Part shown: positions 1 to 10,592 of the stretch, in pieces
Layout of the letters: every line of letters begins with the position of its first letter
Numbering within the stretch: the stretch's first letter is position 1
Origin: Perkinsus chesapeaki ATCC PRA-425
Taxonomy: Eukaryota; Protista; Perkinsozoa
Length of the DNA stretch: 64,000 nt
Direction of reading: 5' to 3'
Assembly: GCA_013115145.1 (NCBI GenBank)
Contig: JAAPAO010000018.1
Location: 1 to 64,000 of the forward strand
Notes under the pieces: model-generated
Seen by the model: only the letters and a program-made list of their open reading frames with translations
What the model was told of the DNA's origin: nothing
The model's database searches: none
Translations under genes and position numbers: made by a program

Positions 1-496
1 CTAGCCCCTCGACCTAGACCACTCTCCCACGGAAATAAACGGTCACAGTCGAGCGAACGCTAGTGCGTTTTAAGAGTGTCTATAATGATAAACTCAAGTC
101 ACTCAGTAATGAAATGAGGAGCTTTTGGGTGATGTATCTGGTTGAGCCTGATTAATTCGGATAAATACTGTATACTCCCCTAATAGAAACATGAATTTTA
201 CGTCTGTTTTAATCTGTGATTAGCTGAAAATATGCTTCGCTGAATTTGCATCATTTTTCAGTTCATCACTGACAAGAAGGTAGACTCTAAAACATTGAGG
301 ATACACTTACCATGTAAAGAGAGCAATATGATACACATCGATCAGCCCCCTTTAGTTGTTCCTCAGTCCTCAAAAAACCCAACTTCGTAAGGATATGTTG
401 CATAGGGTATATCCGGGTTGGGTTCTACTCGGGAGTACTGGTAGGTACGGATAGTGAAATAGCTGGCGCAGGAGAATCAGGCGAGCGCTAGTTATT

Positions 497-945
497 GGGC
501 CTCTTTCACAAGCAACTTACTTAAGAACTTACGAGTAAGGACTTAAAAACTTACGTAAAATCGTTTCACTTACAAGATAAGGGGGGTAAGTTTACTTAAG
601 TTTTGAACCCTCGCACTTAAGGTAAGGAACCCTAACCTTACCGGGTAAGATCTTAAGAAATACGAGTAAGTTAGTGAACTTGTTTCACTCACCTTAGATC
701 TTAACCACTTACTTAACTTACCGGTAGACTACCCCTGCCCTGACCTTACGGGCCTCTTTCACAACAAACTTAAGTTTGAAGATTCTTAGGGTAAGGACTC
801 TTATCCCACTTACTTAACTTACGTCTAAGGTCGTTTCACGAAAAACTCAGACTTAAGCATAAGAGACCTTACCTTAGGATTTACCGTAAGTAAGGCCTCA
901 CCACAAAACCTAAGTTCTTATCACAAATCTTAAGAAACTTACGCG
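497..945. repeat. Degenerate CTTA/TAAG-rich repeat region with three copies of a GGCCTC..ACAA..AAC(T/C)TAAG unit
   Basis: gggcctctttcacaa occurs at ~497 and ~750, with a degenerate ggcctcaccacaa at ~894. cttac/gtaag/cttaag motifs are dense in both orientations. No long ORF. Confidence 0.6.
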
Positions 946-1154
946 CGCTCACAGTACTGCAAAAACCCTGAAACACTTCACGCGCGACGCGCGTGGCATA
1001 CAATCTACACCTTTTGCCCTTTACATAGCAAGGAATTACGGCATGGACAACGGATTCCATTATCCATTGAGTCGATATATTGAACGATGCCAATTCCGAA
1101 TTGACATCGTTCAATTATTGAACTTCAATACATCGACTCAAAGATACTCAATAC

Positions 1155-2145
1155 TCAAATGTACAACTGTAGTAAAAAAGTCAAGTGAAAAATGAAAGTA
1201 AAATCGACCGTGAAAAGTACAAGTGTAGAAAACAAAGAAAAATTGCTCCACGTGGGTTTGTACCCGCGAGGCTTTTTCGAAGCGGGTACGAAGATTAGCG
1301 GTGCCAAGTGAGTAGGGAAATACATTTTCATAAACGGACTATAACGTACTTTTTGACTTTCATTACGGAGCTCTCCCGCGAGTCGCAGGAGAGCTCCGTA
1401 ATGGCAGACACCATCGTAGAAAAGGTAAAGAGGTGTAGCAGTTAAATCAGATTCGACTATCAGCGAGTGATGCAACATGGTTGTATGATCGCTACGCTGT
1501 AGTACTACTACTTTCCTCTTCAGCACTCTCGCGATGGCATCCACCTCCATATCACTAGCCCAACACCCTGGAGTACAGATGTCGTTGACGTACTGTTGCC
1601 AGGTAGGGTTAGGTGGAAGTCCACGCTGTCGCAGGTCTGCTTGCACATCATCGGCAACAAGCTGTGATGCCCAAGATCCCTCGTCTGGGGGGGGGGTGAT
1701 CTTGGAAGTAGTTGCAGACTAGCTCACGTAGGACTGTTGGAGCGTTCTCCTGGTCGCACTCCTTCAGTTGCTTAGGAAGTCTTCCTTGCAACGGACGTAG
1801 AGAAACCATAGCAGCATAGAACAAACAGTTCCCGTCACCTTTGACGTTCGCTATATTGAACTTGCTTTCCGGGTTTAGCCAAGTGTAGGCAACAGACTCA
1901 TCGGTTCTCAACCAGTAGGAAGGGATGTAGTCAGTAGTACTTGCGGGCATATTAGTATACCTATGGGAGGGTTGTGGTACATCCTTGAATACCTGACGTT
2001 TGGCCGAGGTTCCTGTGTACAACACTACATGGGTGACCCAATTCTCACTGAATCTAGACAAGATGTCTTTCATCGCTGAAGCGTAGGTGTTGAAGGTTCC
2101 AGTGGCCCTCGCGCCTGCGGCGAGGTACCCTTTTTCACAAGTCAC
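1155..2145 (-). pseudogene. OTU-family cysteine protease (deubiquitinase-like), split by a +1 frameshift in a C10 run
   Basis: ORF 1648-2145 has the OTU Cys motif VKGDGNCLF. ORF 1155-1646 has WASDMEVDAIARVL and FYDGVCHY (catalytic His). Removing one G from the G10 run at 1687-1696 joins them in frame (DHPPPDEGSWASQLVADDVQADLR). Intronless. Confidence 0.75.
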
Positions 2146-3314
2146 TCAGTTGGAAGTTTAGCATTGTGTTGTAGATCAGTGTCGGCGAGTGGGCTCTTTT
2201 AGCTATCTGCTAGTCTATATGTCTGATGTTTCTTAGCTACAGTCGGAGACAGCGATCTCGGGTCGCTGGGGCTTCAACGAGGACAAACTGGTAGCGCCTA
2301 GTAAGTTACGTGGTTTTGTGCGAGTGAGGATTTCGAGGCTATTAGACGCTTTTGATTCATTGTGATCCAAAGCTGCAAGGTGTGTTAGAGCTGGTGGCAT
2401 TGGGATTGAGGTTCCAATGGGGCTATGGGCGTGTTGTCGCTCATGCCATATCTTGTGTGTGCTTGAAGAGCGAGTTGTGGTCGGATGTTAGACAGGTTGA
2501 ACTCGTTGGAGAGATGGATAAGATGACCGACGCTGACTTTGTCTCGGCGGCTAAGACCATCCATGATGATGTAAAAATAAATCGTCTTTGGAATGGTGTG
2601 GATTTGGCCGATTATGATGATGTGGCGGCCCATTTGTATTTGCACTATCTGAGCGGCCGCGGGAGAAACACATACGCGTCGGGCTAGGATGGGCCAGTGC
2701 ATCAACAAGGATGCCAACGAGAGTGAGAAAATGCAGGGCGACATGACGAAAGGGATATATCGCTGCAGGATGAATGGCGGAGAGTGCTATGACTTCCCTC
2801 CTAGAGTTCCGTGACATAGCAACGCTGTTGATAGAATTAATAGGGCTATAAATACTGGAAGGATCAAGAAGGGTTTTACTCTGCGTATAGTATACGCCGT
2901 ATACAGTAAAAAATAATGTGAGGACTACAGAGCAAAGAGCTTGCTGTTGTGAGGCCGCTCGACGACGACGATGATAGGAGCGTCGCGGCCTCGGGAGGGA
3001 TCTTGGCGCGAGGTTACTCGAGTCTTATGGCAGAAAGTATTTTTGCGACAGCGCCTTTTAAAGCACGCCCTGGTCCCAGCAAGGCCAACACAACAAAGCT
3101 GGATAATTTGGCCAACCAATTTGGTTGAACCAAAGGATCATGTAATATCCCATCTACTATTGCTATATATCACAGTTCCTTTACATCACAGTTCCTCCAA
3201 CCTAACGCATTTATCGTACTAAGTGTATCATATTATGTTGCGTTATATCACAATAGAAGCGTCATCTCAGTAGTTGATATTTACTTCAAGTAAATTACTT
3301 GTAAATATTCTAAT

Positions 3315-3521
3315 ATGACCGTCGAAATACAATGCGAAAAATGTGGAAAATGGATATCCAAGAATAACAAGTGGAACCACAGAAAGTTCTGTGTGGATGC
3401 CGCCTTCCAACCTACCCCTACAATCCACAAACTATCTACCACTACCTGTCCGGGGTGTCAAGCCCGCCTAAATGCCTCGAAACTGATGAGGCATATGAAC
3501 AGTATACGTGGTAATACATGA
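3315..3521 (+). other. Short ORF with two C-x2-C...H zinc-finger-like motifs, possibly a decayed mobile-element or accessory gene
   Basis: CEKCGKWISKNNKWNHRKFC and CPGCQARLNASKLMRH. No coherent downstream frame. Confidence 0.35.
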
Positions 3522-5342
3522 CTTACAACGTTTGCAAGTCGCTCTTTTCGTACACTTGCAGTTCACCGGTTCACACGGTGTCACATGTGTTTGGTGTTGG
3601 ATTATAACAGCTGGAACCCTTTCATATGCAGACCAGAGGCTGTACCTCTGTTTTTCTTCCCCATTCCATCCCGCCCGTGCGGGGGAGGCCTGTGATCCTG
3701 GCGTGTGGCTCACTACGAGAGCACCTCTTCGGACCTCTAGGCCTGGGACAGAAGCTTTGCTCAATGAACACTCGTGTGGCCGAGTGGTAGAGCATGTGAT
3801 CCACCCTTCCAACCGTCAAGTTCGTTCTCTGGTGTGGTGGTTTTAATTTCCCAAACCAAACGCAACTTTGGAGGCTTCGGAAGGAAGAGTGTCACGGTGT
3901 TCATCGCAAGGCTTCGGTCCTCCTCTCCCAAACTCCTGTGCACAGGGGACTTCACTGATTGCATATACACCGTGTTAGGGCCAATACACCGTCGCCAAGC
4001 TACAGAGCCTCCATGTACTGGTCGAGACTTTGCCGGATCCCGCGTCCGGCGGATCTTGGCGAGTAAGGGTATGTGAGCAGGCTAATAAAGGAGTGGCGCA
4101 TACGTTAGCTAAACGACAGCGATCTGATACTACTCCCAAACTCCGCTACGTGAAAGCATTATTTGAGAGCTCTGAAGGGTCCTGAGCGTCAACAAGAACA
4201 CGGACTATGGTCCACTATGATGGACTCGTTTAAGCTGGTGGGAGAATCTCTGCCTCTGCTAGGAAGAGGATGGAGTATCTTAGTATAACCTCACTGTCGG
4301 GCGGCAGCTTAGTGGGACTCGCACTAAGCTAATAATAGAATTTCATAAGGAGTAAAAACAATGTTTTAAAAATCTGCTGGGATACAAAAAGTATATTAGC
4401 GATTCTATAGAGTAAAAAAACAACCTTACAAAACCTTGGTGAGAGTGGAGTGGTACCCCAGAGTGCAGATACTGGCCGTGCCCTCAGGTGCTTTGTGGTT
4501 ATTTCGACGACAAAAAGCTCAACACTAGTGGGCAAGGTTGGATAAAATCAGAGTTTGTACTGGATAACTGACTGTAACAGTTACATAATGTGAAATATTG
4601 TATACTGCAACTCGATCCAACTTGCTGCGCAACTGCAACGCACGCGTGCTGGGCTAACGAACTGCGTAGAATTAATAAGAGTAGGCCGTGAATCGGTCTA
4701 ATCGACCGGGTCGATTATAAAAAACCTCCGGGAACTCGACTAAAACCGGAATAAATATTGGGAAACCTCTTTATAAAATACAACTATCACCGATTCGGTG
4801 AAGTGAAGTCATACGCGCACCACGGAGTTTGCGCGTCACAATGTAGCGAAACTCGCCGCATTATTTATTGTAGACCGTAATGAGGACTCCTCATTGAGGA
4901 GCCCTCATTGAGAGTCGTAACTGCTAGTTTCTATGAGCCTCTGAGTAGCTCCCGGTGGGTTGCCAGTGGCAACTTGCCATCGCTCACATCGTCATTATGA
5001 TTTATCATGTATTGAAGCACGTTGCAACGACGAGTACCCGGTTGGGGTTCTCGATCCGCACGTGTACCTCCACCAGTGGAGCGCACCCCTTCCTAATCAC
5101 TCAAGCGTGGGCTCTCCGCAAGCTGCGTAGAACTAATGAAACCTGATCAATTGTACCAGTGGTGTCCGGGCAGAGGATTTTATGATCCTGAGTTTTCTTT
5201 TTATCCTTAGTTGTCTCGTCTCTCACTTGTGTTTGAGAAGCGACTCTCACATCCCTAAACTGGAAGTCCATCTTCTTCAACCAAGTCTTGTTTACAGCTC
5301 TGCCACGGTAGCTACAACAATTCTCCATAAAACTTCTGCGTA

Positions 5343-5819
5343 ATGTCTCCAAGATGGTGCATGGTGCCTATATATTGGCTTATTTACCTGCTAACGGTGG
5401 GAGGACACCCTAATCAGTTTGATTCCACCTTGCACAGCGCCTGGACCGGGCCTGGGCTGGAGTTCAGGTTAGACGTGGTGACTTATCTGGATAAGTCACG
5501 GCGACGTAGAGCCTCTATAATCATCACCTACCCCCCTCAATTGAATAGAGGACGTGACCGATTCGATGCCGCTTTGGAGCCCACTGCTAAACCGGGTAAT
5601 TTCAATCTGCGATGGGCTCCTAACGAACTGCGAAGAGCTAGGTTGACACTTAGCGGTTCTGGTTTATATAGGGGTAACCCCGCTACCATAATATTGGACA
5701 AGCTGACCTTCACTGGTGAGGTCCATGAGCCTGTTAGGTTGACGATATCTAGAACTATGACAATTACAGCATACCCGCGGAACGATCCTAATAGTTTGCC
5801 TCCCTTTCGATCGTCTTAG
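5343..5819 (+). CDS. Unknown secreted protein family, copy 1 (158 aa)
   Basis: Hydrophobic N-terminus. Shares HSAWxGPGxxFxL, PGxFNLxWxPxE and LxFTG motifs with the copies at 6266-6763 and 7971-8468. Confidence 0.8.
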   Translation: MSPRWCMVPIYWLIYLLTVGGHPNQFDSTLHSAWTGPGLEFRLDVVTYLDKSRRRRASIIITYPPQLNRGRDRFDAALEPTAKPGNFNLRWAPNELRRARLTLSGSGLYRGNPATIILDKLTFTGEVHEPVRLTISRTMTITAYPRNDPNSLPPFRSS

Positions 5820-5914
5820 GACTTAACAAGGTCTCATTAGTATGCCTCAACTTACAATGCTATTCGTGCTCTGTCCGGTCCTAATGACATTGGTACTTTT
5901 TGGCTCGTACCCTC

Positions 5915-6116
5915 AGATCGCGTTTATAATCTTAGTTGAGCCTCTAGGGGCTCGCGAGGTTCTGCTCGCGTTAAATCAACGGCGTTGATCAACCTACCAC
6001 TTGTTGTGTTTGTTATGCCTTGGTGGTTTTGACTGAACCAAACATGACAATGATATTCAAGTACTGCTACTGCTGAAATCAAATAGTGACACAGTCGACA
6101 AGAATAATGATGAAAA
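5915..6116. repeat. ~200 bp block duplicated at 8575-8755 (3' flank of secreted copies 1 and 3)
   Basis: Both start agatcgcgtttata and share gcgttgatcaacctacc..ttgttgtgtttgttatgccttggtggttt.gactgaaccaaacatgaca..gcaagtactgctactgctga..cacagtcgacaagaataat. Confidence 0.85.
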
Positions 6117-6265
6117 GGGTGATGGTCCGCGGTCCGCAACCACCTACACGATCGTGCAGCATGATCGTTCAGGCAGTACGGTAGCAGCATAATGTTGATA
6201 CTTGGTTATTGACTGTATTATTGTTACCATCAGGATGCCAGATTCCAGCACTGAGCACGTTACAC

Positions 6266-6763
6266 TTAGTGGGACCATGGCAAGTCTGAAGCGCAAAAGA
6301 GGGGTGGCAATAGATATGGGTTGTGGGACGAAAAAGCTTCAATAGTCATAGTAGGAGATACTTGTAACTCTATAGCACCCTGGACCTCACCAGTAAAGAC
6401 CAGACGACTCAACAATATTGTATCCGGCTCGGTCAGATAGAAACCAGACTCAAAAAGAGCCACCCTCGCCCTTTGCAGCTCAGTGGGTTCCCAAAGTAGA
6501 TTGAAATGACCCGGCTGGGCAGTAGTCTCCACCGCGGCATCAAAAACGTCAGACGACCTGTGTAACCTATTCGGATAGGCAATAATGATAGTCGCCCTTT
6601 GGTGACCAGTCTCATCCCAATAGGTTAGTATTCCCAGCTTAAAGTCCTGCCCAGGCCCGGCCCAAGCACTGTGGAAGGTGGGCTCAGGACTTGGAGACTG
6701 TGCTTTCACCGATAGTAGGCAAATGAACCAGCAAATCGTCATTCTAGACGATTTTAGACACAT
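6266..6763 (-). CDS. Unknown secreted protein family, copy 2 (~165 aa)
   Basis: C-terminal part of ORF 6266-6970. The ATG at 6763 aligns with the ATG of copies 1 and 3. Motifs HSAWAGPGQDFKL and PGHFNLLWEP. Confidence 0.8.
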   Translation of the reverse strand: MCLKSSRMTICWFICLLSVKAQSPSPEPTFHSAWAGPGQDFKLGILTYWDETGHQRATIIIAYPNRLHRSSDVFDAAVETTAQPGHFNLLWEPTELQRARVALFESGFYLTEPDTILLSRLVFTGEVQGAIELQVSPTMTIEAFSSHNPYLLPPLFCASDLPWSH

Positions 6764-7970
6764 TACTATGGAGCTATCTAACGGAGAGTATTGCAGTACA
6801 CTATGGGTGCAGTAACCTAGCTCTGATGATTGTGTGTAGCGTACCCTCGGCGTCGAAATATAGCGGAAGTTACGGTATGGGTTGATTGACCTGTAATGCC
6901 GTGTAGCATCGCCTAACCGAATCAGGTGGTTTACAGAGGTATCTCCGCGCAACACAGATGGCAACACCAAACCATTTGAACATTAAGTTGTGACAAGGTT
7001 CGCATTAGGATATTAAGAAAGAAATGATTGTCCTGGAGACACAGCTTGTAGCGGCTACAACGTAGCCATAGCGGGATCAAGCCACTCGTTTTCTGGTGCT
7101 AACCCAACAGTCAGGGCATTAGACGAAGAAGGATTAACCATCAGAAAATGTCAGCTTAGTACTATAAAGAGATACAGCGGGCACGAGACAATCACACCTA
7201 CTCGACTGAACTCCTGAAAAGCCTCAAAAAGTAGTATTACTTATGCGGAAAATCATCCTGCGGAAGTTCCTTCATCCAAGGCGCGTGTTCCTTATCCAGC
7301 ACCGGACAGTGTGAAGGAAAGCACCCAAATACCAAAGTTAAGAAAAGTATAGCTATCAGCAAAGAAGTGGAGCATCCGCGTCGCAAGGACTCGTACAGAG
7401 TAGGAAAGCAAAGAGATTCGGCGTCTCAGGCTCAGTTCGGAGCGTGGGGTGCGAGCCAGCCAACCCTCTCTGGCTGCAGGCCTTAACCACACTGCGCGAG
7501 TGAAGGATGTTATCTTAATTTAACCCATGGGCGATTCCTAGGAAGCTTCCATTAGAGTCTATTTAGTAGACTCTAGTGGAAGCAGAAAGCAAAATAATAG
7601 ACCATTATTTTGCCCTAGAGCTAAGATGCACTTCCATCCACAGTGGATCTTGCACCACCAGGAAAAACCCCAGAGCTACAACGCAGCTTACTCGGAGCTA
7701 CAATGTTCCAGAGACTCCAGCAACGATCACATCGGTTGCCAGAACAGTAACAACAACTTCTCGTAGTTAACGGGATCGACCAATGGCACCTTAGTTGGTA
7801 CTGCGAGCGACTGAGGGAGGAGTTCTTTCTCACCTGCTGGAGGCTCCAAACCACACCGTACACAATGATTTCGACGCCGGGGTCGTGGTTCACGTATACC
7901 TACATTCTACCTATCAAACGTTGGTTACAGGCAGCGTGTGTTGCAATATTATTTGCAAGATTTCTACGTG

Positions 7971-8468
7971 ATGTCTCCAAGATGGTGCTCCGTGGCTATA
8001 TTTTGGCATTGTTGCCTACCAACGGTGAAAGGGCAGCCTCCTCATCCAGATCCCACCTACCACAGTGCCTGGACGGGGCCTGGGATGGACTTTCGGTTAG
8101 CAGTAATGACATATTGGGACGAGACAGATTTTCAACAAGTATCTATCATAATCAATTTCCCCAGTTGGTTAGAAAGAGACTCTGTTGAATTTCAGCCTGC
8201 TTTGGTAGCCACTGGCCAGCCAGGTCACTTCAATCTACTTTGGGAACCCGCCGAGATGCAAAGGGCGAGGACGGAACTCGCAGATTCTGGCTTCTATCTG
8301 GGCGACCCAGATAGCATATCGCTCAATCATCTGGTCTTTACGGGTGATGCCCATGATGCTGTCGAGTTGACGGTTTCTCCCACTATGACTATCACAGTGT
8401 TTTCGCCACACGAACCTTTTACGTTGCCGTCTTCGTTCTGCGCTTTCGATTTCCCACGGCCGGACTAG
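7971..8468 (+). CDS. Unknown secreted protein family, copy 3 (165 aa)
   Basis: MSPRWCSVAIFW start matches copy 1 (MSPRWCMVPIYW). Motifs HSAWTGPGMDFRL and PGHFNLLWEP. Confidence 0.8.
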   Translation: MSPRWCSVAIFWHCCLPTVKGQPPHPDPTYHSAWTGPGMDFRLAVMTYWDETDFQQVSIIINFPSWLERDSVEFQPALVATGQPGHFNLLWEPAEMQRARTELADSGFYLGDPDSISLNHLVFTGDAHDAVELTVSPTMTITVFSPHEPFTLPSSFCAFDFPRPD

Positions 8469-8574
8469 TGACAGAAGTGCAGCTACGCTATGATACTTAA
8501 TGGTAATTCCAACACTAGAATCATTTGGGTAATGTCTCAGTGATGCCAGCTGAAATATGAAGGGTCCTTTCTGT

Positions 8575-8755
8575 AGATCGCGTTTATAGTATTCGTTGAG
8601 CCCCTAAAGGCTTATCATTCGCGTTGATCAACCTACCGCTTGTTGTGTTTGTTATGCCTTGGTGGTTTAGACTGAACCAAACATGACAGTGATATGCAAG
8701 TACTGCTACTGCTGAGATCGAATAATGGCACAGTCGACAAGAATAATAATGAAAA
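8575..8755. repeat. Second copy of the duplicated 3'-flank block (see 5915-6116)
   Basis: Direct sequence match to 5915-6116. Confidence 0.85.
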
Positions 8756-9202
8756 TGATGATATACTCAAGATGCTGTTACAGAAGCCTGCGAGAACATA
8801 CACTGTGGACGCAGGAGAATTGATCTAACAACATAATGACGGAAAAATTATCAAGTTTCGGAGAGTGACCAAGTAACTATATAAACTACGCGAATTCGAA
8901 ACTGCCTATTAGTGTGAGATGGTTGCACTACAAATGATAATTATGTAAAAAATGCAGGATGAAGTACGAGAAACACTAGCAATAGTCATCATAGCAGGGT
9001 CGGGCGCACCGCCTACAACGAATCAAATGGGACATGCTGCTCCGCACGAAGTAGTGTGGAATAGAGTCAATTACGAGAAGAGTTCCGCAACTCAAGAGAG
9101 ACCTCCTAGTTTGGTCACCTTGTAGAAAGGTACTTCTTTTAATAGGCAGTACACAGTAAGACTTCATAAAAACACCAAGTAGGATGAACTGCCCAAACAG
9201 GG

Positions 9203-10522
9203 CTAGTAGAATAGCGGGCGGCCAGCAGGTAGAGTCCGAGCTCTAGTTGGTTCAGGCAAGAGACCGTCAAGAGACATCATATCCTTGCCTGTAACACAGC
9301 TCGAGTACCTCATCGTTTCACCAGGTATACGTAGCGGTTGAAGGCTCTGACCAACTCGGAAAAGAGGACGCATTGCGGGGTTCTTGGGCAAGGTGGCCGA
9401 TGTGAAATGCACCCTAAGAGCCTCTTTACCCTGGATTCTCGCATAACTGAGATCACATATCTTCTTCGAGTTATTGAAACTCTTCCAACCAGTGCCATGA
9501 AATGCCGTATAAAAACGCACTATGCGCGCCGGGTCAATGAAATTGATGAAAGCGTATCCAACATTACACCGATTGCGAAGGTCAATTGGGAGGTAGAAAA
9601 AATCATAACTCTGTGGGCAGACGTCATCGATCATTTGCAGCATTCTCTGCTGTGTTAATTTATTGGGTATGTTCTTTATCATTATGGTAGTTCTAGGGTC
9701 CACCCAACACCTATCAACCTTAACAGAATAGTCATCGGGGCTCTCAGCAACAGCAGCAGTAGTACCGTCCAAAGGGGTAATAGGTTGCAATGGACCAGAT
9801 GAAGCTCTGAGCGGAGGAGGCGATAAAGACGCCATACGTGATACCGTGTTAACCAGTACAGTGGGAGCTACCGCTCCTCTATCAACAAGGCTTGGAATAG
9901 CACCAAAGTCCAGACCACCAACTAGGCTACTCGACACTGTAGATGCCGAACCAGGATCGTTGGCAATGTGAACAGGCAATGCTTTCCTCTGCACCTCACG
10001 CATCGATCGTGCAGCACGACAGTCAAAGAACTGTATGAGCAACTTCAACTCGCCGCTGGACTCTCCAGGAGGGGAGGAGATATTGGCCATATCGCCATAC
10101 TGGCTTGGATCGGCCGAAGCAAGGTCCTCCGCGGGAACACTGACGAAGTAGCTGTCCTGGTCTTGACATTCTGACCATAGAACTTCCCACGATTGCTCAC
10201 CCAACATATAATAGTGATCGAATGCCTTCTCGGCATTGCGTGTGTCGAAATAACACGCCGTAATGATGCCCAGCTCTCGCCAGTGCTGAAAGTCGAGCTT
10301 TTGTACGTCACCAAAACTGAGCAAACGGGCAACGATGGACCTCAAGTCAGGAGCAGAGACCGCCGCCGGGGGGATACACTGATGATGATGATGCTGTTCA
10401 CGACTAGCAAACCGAAGCACGAAGCTGTTGTGGACTGTCGGAGGAGAAAAGGAAGATGGGGAGGAGGGAGGCAAAGGAGTTGAGCCTCCAATGAGACGGG
10501 AATCGGCCGAAAAAACTGACAT
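9203..10522 (-). CDS. Mei2-like RRM RNA-binding protein (439 aa, single ORF)
   Basis: Mei2-type C-terminal RRM: DPRTTIMIKNIPNKLTQ...YDFFYLPIDLRNRCNVGYAFINF...SYARIQGK. Degenerate N-terminal RRMs. Confidence 0.9.
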   Translation of the reverse strand: MSVFSADSRLIGGSTPLPPSSPSSFSPPTVHNSFVLRFASREQHHHHQCIPPAAVSAPDLRSIVARLLSFGDVQKLDFQHWRELGIITACYFDTRNAEKAFDHYYMLGEQSWEVLWSECQDQDSYFVSVPAEDLASADPSQYGDMANISSPPGESSGELKLLIQFFDCRAARSMREVQRKALPVHIANDPGSASTVSSSLVGGLDFGAIPSLVDRGAVAPTVLVNTVSRMASLSPPPLRASSGPLQPITPLDGTTAAVAESPDDYSVKVDRCWVDPRTTIMIKNIPNKLTQQRMLQMIDDVCPQSYDFFYLPIDLRNRCNVGYAFINFIDPARIVRFYTAFHGTGWKSFNNSKKICDLSYARIQGKEALRVHFTSATLPKNPAMRPLFRVGQSLQPLRIPGETMRYSSCVTGKDMMSLDGLLPEPTRARTLPAGRPLFY

Positions 10523-10592
10523 TCACCAACTGAAGTTGAACAACAATCGTATCGGGACAACCAACACAATACCACTAGCTGCACCATAGTTA

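Noticed and set aside
1361-1425. Helitron 3' end at the 16-bp hairpin
   Set aside because: No CTRR terminus at the expected distance on either side, and no Rep/helicase sequence was recognised.
7061-7081. Relic spliced-leader sequence (cgtagccat...tcaag)
   Set aside because: The middle does not match the perkinsid/dinoflagellate SL as recalled, and no gene start follows closely.
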